IMG/VR virus record: IMGVR_UViG_3300020473_000060
Coordinates: 1 to 38,969 of that record
DNA: 38,969 nt
Direction: 5' to 3' (one strand)
Source: a virus
Lineage: Duplodnaviria; Caudoviricetes
Below, piece after piece: positions 37,795 to 38,969 of this stretch. The position numbers and the translations under genes are program-made. A model generated the notes under the pieces. It ran no database searches. It saw nothing but the letters and a program-made list of their open reading frames with translations, and was not told the origin of the DNA. How positions within the stretch are numbered: the stretch's first letter is position 1; every line of letters begins with the position of its first letter.

Positions 37795-37989
37795 ATTTTT
37801 TCTGGGGGAATTTTTTTATATAGCAAACCTGAGAAGGTCAAAAAATTTTTTCGCAATTTTTTTATATACATCTCGCATGTACCCACTTTTGTAGGTTAGG
37901 GACTTTCACTTTTTTTAAAACGGGCAACGCGACGCGGCACGCTAACAACGAAGGGGCATAAAATACTGTCCAAACACTGTCACTAACTC

Positions 37990-38018
37990 ATCATAACATA
38001 TAAAACAATAAGTGTCAA
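37990..38018 (-). promoter_or_regulatory. Sigma70 promoter TTGACA-N17-TATGAT with TG extension
   Basis: TTGACA cttattgttttatatgt TATGAT; nearest called downstream gene starts about 190 nt away. Confidence 0.8.
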
Positions 38019-38061
38019 CAACTGTGTAAATGCTAAGTAACAATTAGTGGCACATATTATA

Positions 38062-38090
38062 AAGGGCAGAGTGTTAGTAACTCCGCCCTT
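38062..38090 (-). terminator. Stem-loop after the 42-aa ORF; probable terminator
   Basis: Minus strand AAGGGCGGAGT-tactaac-ACTCTGCCCTT: 11-bp stem with a G-U pair that only works on the minus strand; U tail is short. Confidence 0.6.
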
Positions 38091-38113
38091 ATTTGTCCTT
38101 TAATTGTTGTTAC

Positions 38114-38242
38114 TTATAGTGGGGTAGATTGCACCTCATAAAGATCATCTAATACGGCAAGGATTTCATTACCATTTTGTGCATTTTCCAATAGGAATTC
38201 TGCGAAGTTAGGTGATACAAACTGTGCGCTAGAGTTTGACAT
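38114..38242 (-). CDS. Unannotated 42-aa acidic mini-protein
   Basis: MSNSSAQFVSPNFAEFLLENAQNGNEILAVLDDLYEVQSTPL*; followed by a hairpin. Confidence 0.6.
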   Translation of the reverse strand: MSNSSAQFVSPNFAEFLLENAQNGNEILAVLDDLYEVQSTPL

Positions 38243-38343
38243 AATTAAGACCGCTAATTAGGGTTGACAAAGTAACAGTAACTCATGCACTGATTGCAAG
38301 AGCACTGTACACTATAAGGACACTTTATGCGACCCCCCTGTTA

Positions 38344-38517
38344 TTACCAACTGACGGGATTTGACAGATCTTCAGTAATACTTTCTACTGACTCATTTGG
38401 TTCTAATTGTAATACTTTACGCCAGTCAATTTGTCTTGGATTAAAATCATCTTCAACTGTAATATCCAACGTTATTCTATACCTTTGCTCTGTACGGTTG
38501 TAGTAAGAAACTGTCAT
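38344..38517 (-). CDS. Unannotated 57-aa hypothetical protein, probably early
   Basis: MTVSYYNRTEQRYRITLDITVEDDFNPRQIDWRKVLQLEPNESVESITEDLSNPVSW then TAA TAA; sigma70 promoter and CAGGT upstream. Confidence 0.75.
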   Translation of the reverse strand: MTVSYYNRTEQRYRITLDITVEDDFNPRQIDWRKVLQLEPNESVESITEDLSNPVSW

Positions 38518-38547
38518 CGGATTGTACCTGGAAAGTGTTACTGAGTT

Positions 38548-38576
38548 AGTCTAACATACTGTATAATAACTGTCAA
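38548..38576 (-). promoter_or_regulatory. Sigma70 promoter TTGACA-N17-TAGACT with TG extension
   Basis: TTGACA gttattatacagtatgt TAGACT, about 30 nt upstream of the ATG at 38517; an ATAAATA late motif lies just upstream (38588-38594). Confidence 0.8.
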
Positions 38577-38686
38577 TATGTGTCAGTTATTTATGTGTCT
38601 TATATAACAAAAATCGAACCTAAACTATCGGTTCTAGTTTATACTGAACTGGTTTGGTATTAGTATTACAAAATATCAACGAGGTC

Positions 38687-38715
38687 TTGATATTTCGCTC
38701 GCTTCGTGTTATACT
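38687..38715 (+). promoter_or_regulatory. Divergent plus-strand sigma70 promoter TTGATA-N17-TATACT with TGTG extension
   Basis: TTGATA tttcgctcgcttcgtgt TATACT; points into the DnaA-box cluster with no credible ORF downstream in the window. Confidence 0.7.
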
Positions 38716-38784
38716 ACGCTCGCTTAGATCACAAGCAAAAGTGACATTTAAAGACCTTAATTATCATTCCATTTCTAACACTTT

Positions 38785-38960
38785 TATTCCACATATTATC
38801 ACCCCTTTATACACACTTATTCCACATATTACATAGGGTTTTATACAACATTGTGGAAAAGGTTTAAATCGCTCATGTATATTTAATTTGCTATTTATTA
38901 GGGTTAAATATACTTAATCTAAGGGTTTTCCACAGTTTCCACACCCTAACCTGTGGAAAA
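38785..38960. promoter_or_regulatory. DnaA-box cluster with central AT-rich tract (oriC-like or datA-like element)
   Basis: Exact TTWTNCACA matches: TTATACACA 38807-38815 (+), TTTTCCACA 38852-38860 (-), 38926-38934 (+), 38952-38960 (-). One-mismatch copies: 38785-38793, 38818-38826, 38935-38943. Confidence 0.65.
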
Positions 38961-38969
38961 CTATGTATT

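Noticed and set aside
38236-38269. Two plus-strand TTGACA hexamers (38236 and 38264)
   Set aside because: The first pairs only with a weak TAGGGT and overlaps a start codon; the second has no -10 at 17 nt
38616-38641. Small inverted repeats (TAAACTA/TAGTTTA and GAACC/GGTTC)
   Set aside because: Short stems expected by chance, with no U tract
38654-38836. 60-aa plus-strand ORF
   Set aside because: Non-ATG start, no ribosome-binding site, runs across a promoter and repeat boxes, and the sequence is not protein-like
37795-38969. CRISPR mini-array or tRNA genes in the gene-poor region
   Set aside because: Repeats are only 9-15 bp and irregularly spaced; no cloverleaf or T-loop pattern seen by eye

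Overview
AT-rich fragment of a T4-like marine cyanomyophage (Prochlorococcus/Synechococcus phage type). Nearly all coding is on the minus strand. Read in the direction of transcription (right to left): a gene-poor control region of about 1.2 kb with several sigma70-type promoters, two unlisted mini-ORFs and a dense DnaA-box cluster at the window end; a GT-A-like glycosyltransferase and small conserved ORFs; the late morphogenesis block gp25, gp6, giant gp7 (4789 aa), gp8, a VrlC-like 2518-aa protein, gp13 and gp14; an inserted three-gene cassette (His-rich mini-protein, DUF2997, DUF1257/Ycf35) with its own extended -10 promoter; then gp15, gp16, three probable virion or internal-head proteins, and the 5' part of gp17. 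Most notable: (1) an oriC-like array of DnaA boxes, mostly the cyanobacterial TTTTCCACA type, flanking an AT-rich stretch and read into by a promoter; (2) the host-like ycf35 cassette led by an unannotated His-rich peptide. All family calls come from motif recognition and synteny by eye; no searches were run.
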